Part shown: positions 62,436 to 64,000 of the stretch, in pieces
How positions within the stretch are numbered: position 1 is the first letter of the stretch
How the letters are laid out: every line of letters begins with the position of its first letter
Assembly: GCF_000002075.1 (NCBI RefSeq)
Contig: NW_004797858.1
Location: 313,406-377,405 of the forward strand
Source: Aplysia californica
Taxonomy: Eukaryota
Reading direction: 5' to 3'
Length of the DNA: 64,000 bases
Notes under the pieces: generated by a model
The model's input: the letters and a program-made list of their open reading frames with translations, nothing else
Database searches by the model: none
What the model was told of the DNA's origin: nothing
Made by a program: the position numbers and the translations under genes

Positions 62436-62943
62436 AAAAAAGCAGCAGCAACAATCGCACTAACAAAAGCTGACAATAATCCACTCCAACCCAAGCCCTC
62501 CACAAGACTCTTACACCAAAACCTTATCGCATTCACAGACAATTCTCTCAAGTCAAGGGCTCGAAACCTACGCTGCGAGCCAGTGCCAATTACATATCGG
62601 TCAAAAAATGTCCACAAATTACAGTATTAGTCTCTCATACAGACAAATACACATGGGAGAAAAAAAAACCGACAAAAAAACCCCCAACCCAACCCCAACC
62701 CAAAAAGTCTAAACTCTCCACTTCTTCCTTTTCACTTTCTTTCTTGTCCCTCTCGCCTCTCTCTCATTTTTTCTCATTCTCTCTCATTTACAACAGAGAT
62801 AACCTCCAAACNNNNNNNNNNNNNNNNNNNNNNNNNNNNNNNNNNNNNNNNNNNNNNNNNNNNNNNNNNNNNNNNNNNNNNNNNNNNNNNNNNNNNNNNN
62901 NNNNNNNNNNNNNNNNNNNNNNNNNNNNNNNNNNNNNNNNNNA

Positions 62944-63144
62944 TCACTGGAAGAGAGTCACTAGTTTCTTGGCTGCCTTGGCGATGTCGTAGGCGTACTG
63001 AATGACCTGCTGGGTCTTGAGCCGAAAGTCTGGGTTGGCGTCCTGCTCCAGCGAGGGTGGCCAGGACTTGCACTCATCCCGCAGCCGCCTGGCGCTGGCC
63101 ACCAGGACTACACGGGCGTCTTGGAGCCGCTCCGACCCAGTTTC
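62944..63144 (-). CDS. GIT: ARF GTPase-activating protein GIT1/2 homologue, last exon (paxillin-binding domain)
   Basis: ASARRLRDECK...TQQVIQYAYDIAKAAKKLVT matches the GIT C-terminus; acceptor gaacAG at 63145-63146. Confidence 0.93.
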   Translation of the reverse strand, partial: ETGSERLQDARVVLVASARRLRDECKSWPPSLEQDANPDFRLKTQQVIQYAYDIAKAAKKLVTLFQ

Positions 63145-63179
63145 CTGTTCGACCAAAGTGTTGGATGAAAGAAACAAGG

Positions 63180-63600
63180 GGTTTTAGTTTTTGTTTTAGT
63201 TTTAGTCAGAGTTTTACAGCACTTGCAACACAATAAGGTCATGTAAGTGCTGAAGATTAGAGGTATTACAAGAGAAGTTTTAGTTTAGTTTTAGTAAGAG
63301 TTTTACGGCACTTGCAACACAAGGAAGTCTCATATAAGTGCTGAAGATTAGAGGTATTACAAGAGAAGTTTTAGTTTAGTTTTAGTAAGAGTTTTACGGC
63401 ACTTGCAACACAATAAGGTTGTGTAAGTGCTGAAGATTAGAGGTATTACAAGGGAGTTCTTAGTTTCGTTTTAGTAAGAGTTTTACGGCACTTGCAACAC
63501 AATAAGGTCATGTAAGTGCTGAAGATTATATTTCGTTTTAGTAAGAGTTTTACGGCACTTGCAACACAATAAGATCATGTAAGTGCTGAAGATTTGAGGT
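63180..63600 (-). repeat. Tandem array of family A 3' tails (~5 copies) in the last GIT intron
   Basis: Repeated gttttacggcacttgcaacacaataaggtcatgtaagtgctgaagattagagg units. Confidence 0.85.
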
Positions 63601-64000
63601 GGCACTAGAGAGGAACATTGAAAAGAAAGAAGGAGGAGAGATAATGGGGCTACACAAGGATTCATTACCACCAATGCCTGTAGGTACACGTTCTACATCA
63701 GATACAGACATTTTTAGGTCTTTTTAGCAAAACATGCCTATCATTGGACAGCTGTTAAAATGTACTAATCCCAAAATCTTTTTATCTTTATTAATTTTTG
63801 GCAGGCAATTTCTTACTCTGTGAATCGTTTGCATGTGCTCAAGAAATATTTTGCCGAAATTCAAAATCAAAATGTTGAAAAGAGGGAGAAAAGATACAAC
63901 ATGTAGGTTCAGTTGCTAAAACAATGAAACGGTTTTTTAAAAAATCTATACCTCCGAACAAATTTTGCTTTTGGAGATTAGAACATTTCACCAGTTTGCC

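Overview
Intron-rich, repeat-dense animal genomic DNA with five assembly N gaps. It is most likely a gastropod mollusc (Aplysia-like), inferred from the cofilin sequence and the repeat types. Five spliced genes could be reconstructed by hand with consistent splice phases. (1) ADF/cofilin, minus strand, 2 coding exons, 147 aa. (2) RABGEF1/Rabex-5, plus strand, 7 coding exons, 660 aa, with an A20 zinc finger, a VPS9 domain and an unusual ~180-aa acidic tail. (3, 4) A head-to-head pair of small, uncharacterised Trp/Tyr/Pro/Arg-rich genes at about 47.5-50.4 kb (-) and 51.1-54.2 kb (+). They share an R-x-G-[WY]-x-x-W-[ST]-x4-D-W motif and flank a short promoter with forkhead, RFX-like and YY1-like sites, making them candidate axonemal microtubule-inner/tektin-bundle proteins. 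(5) The last exon of an ARF-GAP GIT gene, minus strand. The rest is mobile and tandem DNA: more than 20 copies of a ~180-bp headless retroposon with a fixed 5' end, TSDs and a covarying 3' hairpin; tRNA-head and Nin-type SINEs; RTE LINE 3' ends; several MITE families; a MULE-like element; a foldback with telomeric repeats; a 3.9-kb inverted 21-bp satellite; and many minisatellites. No prokaryotic features or CRISPR arrays were found.
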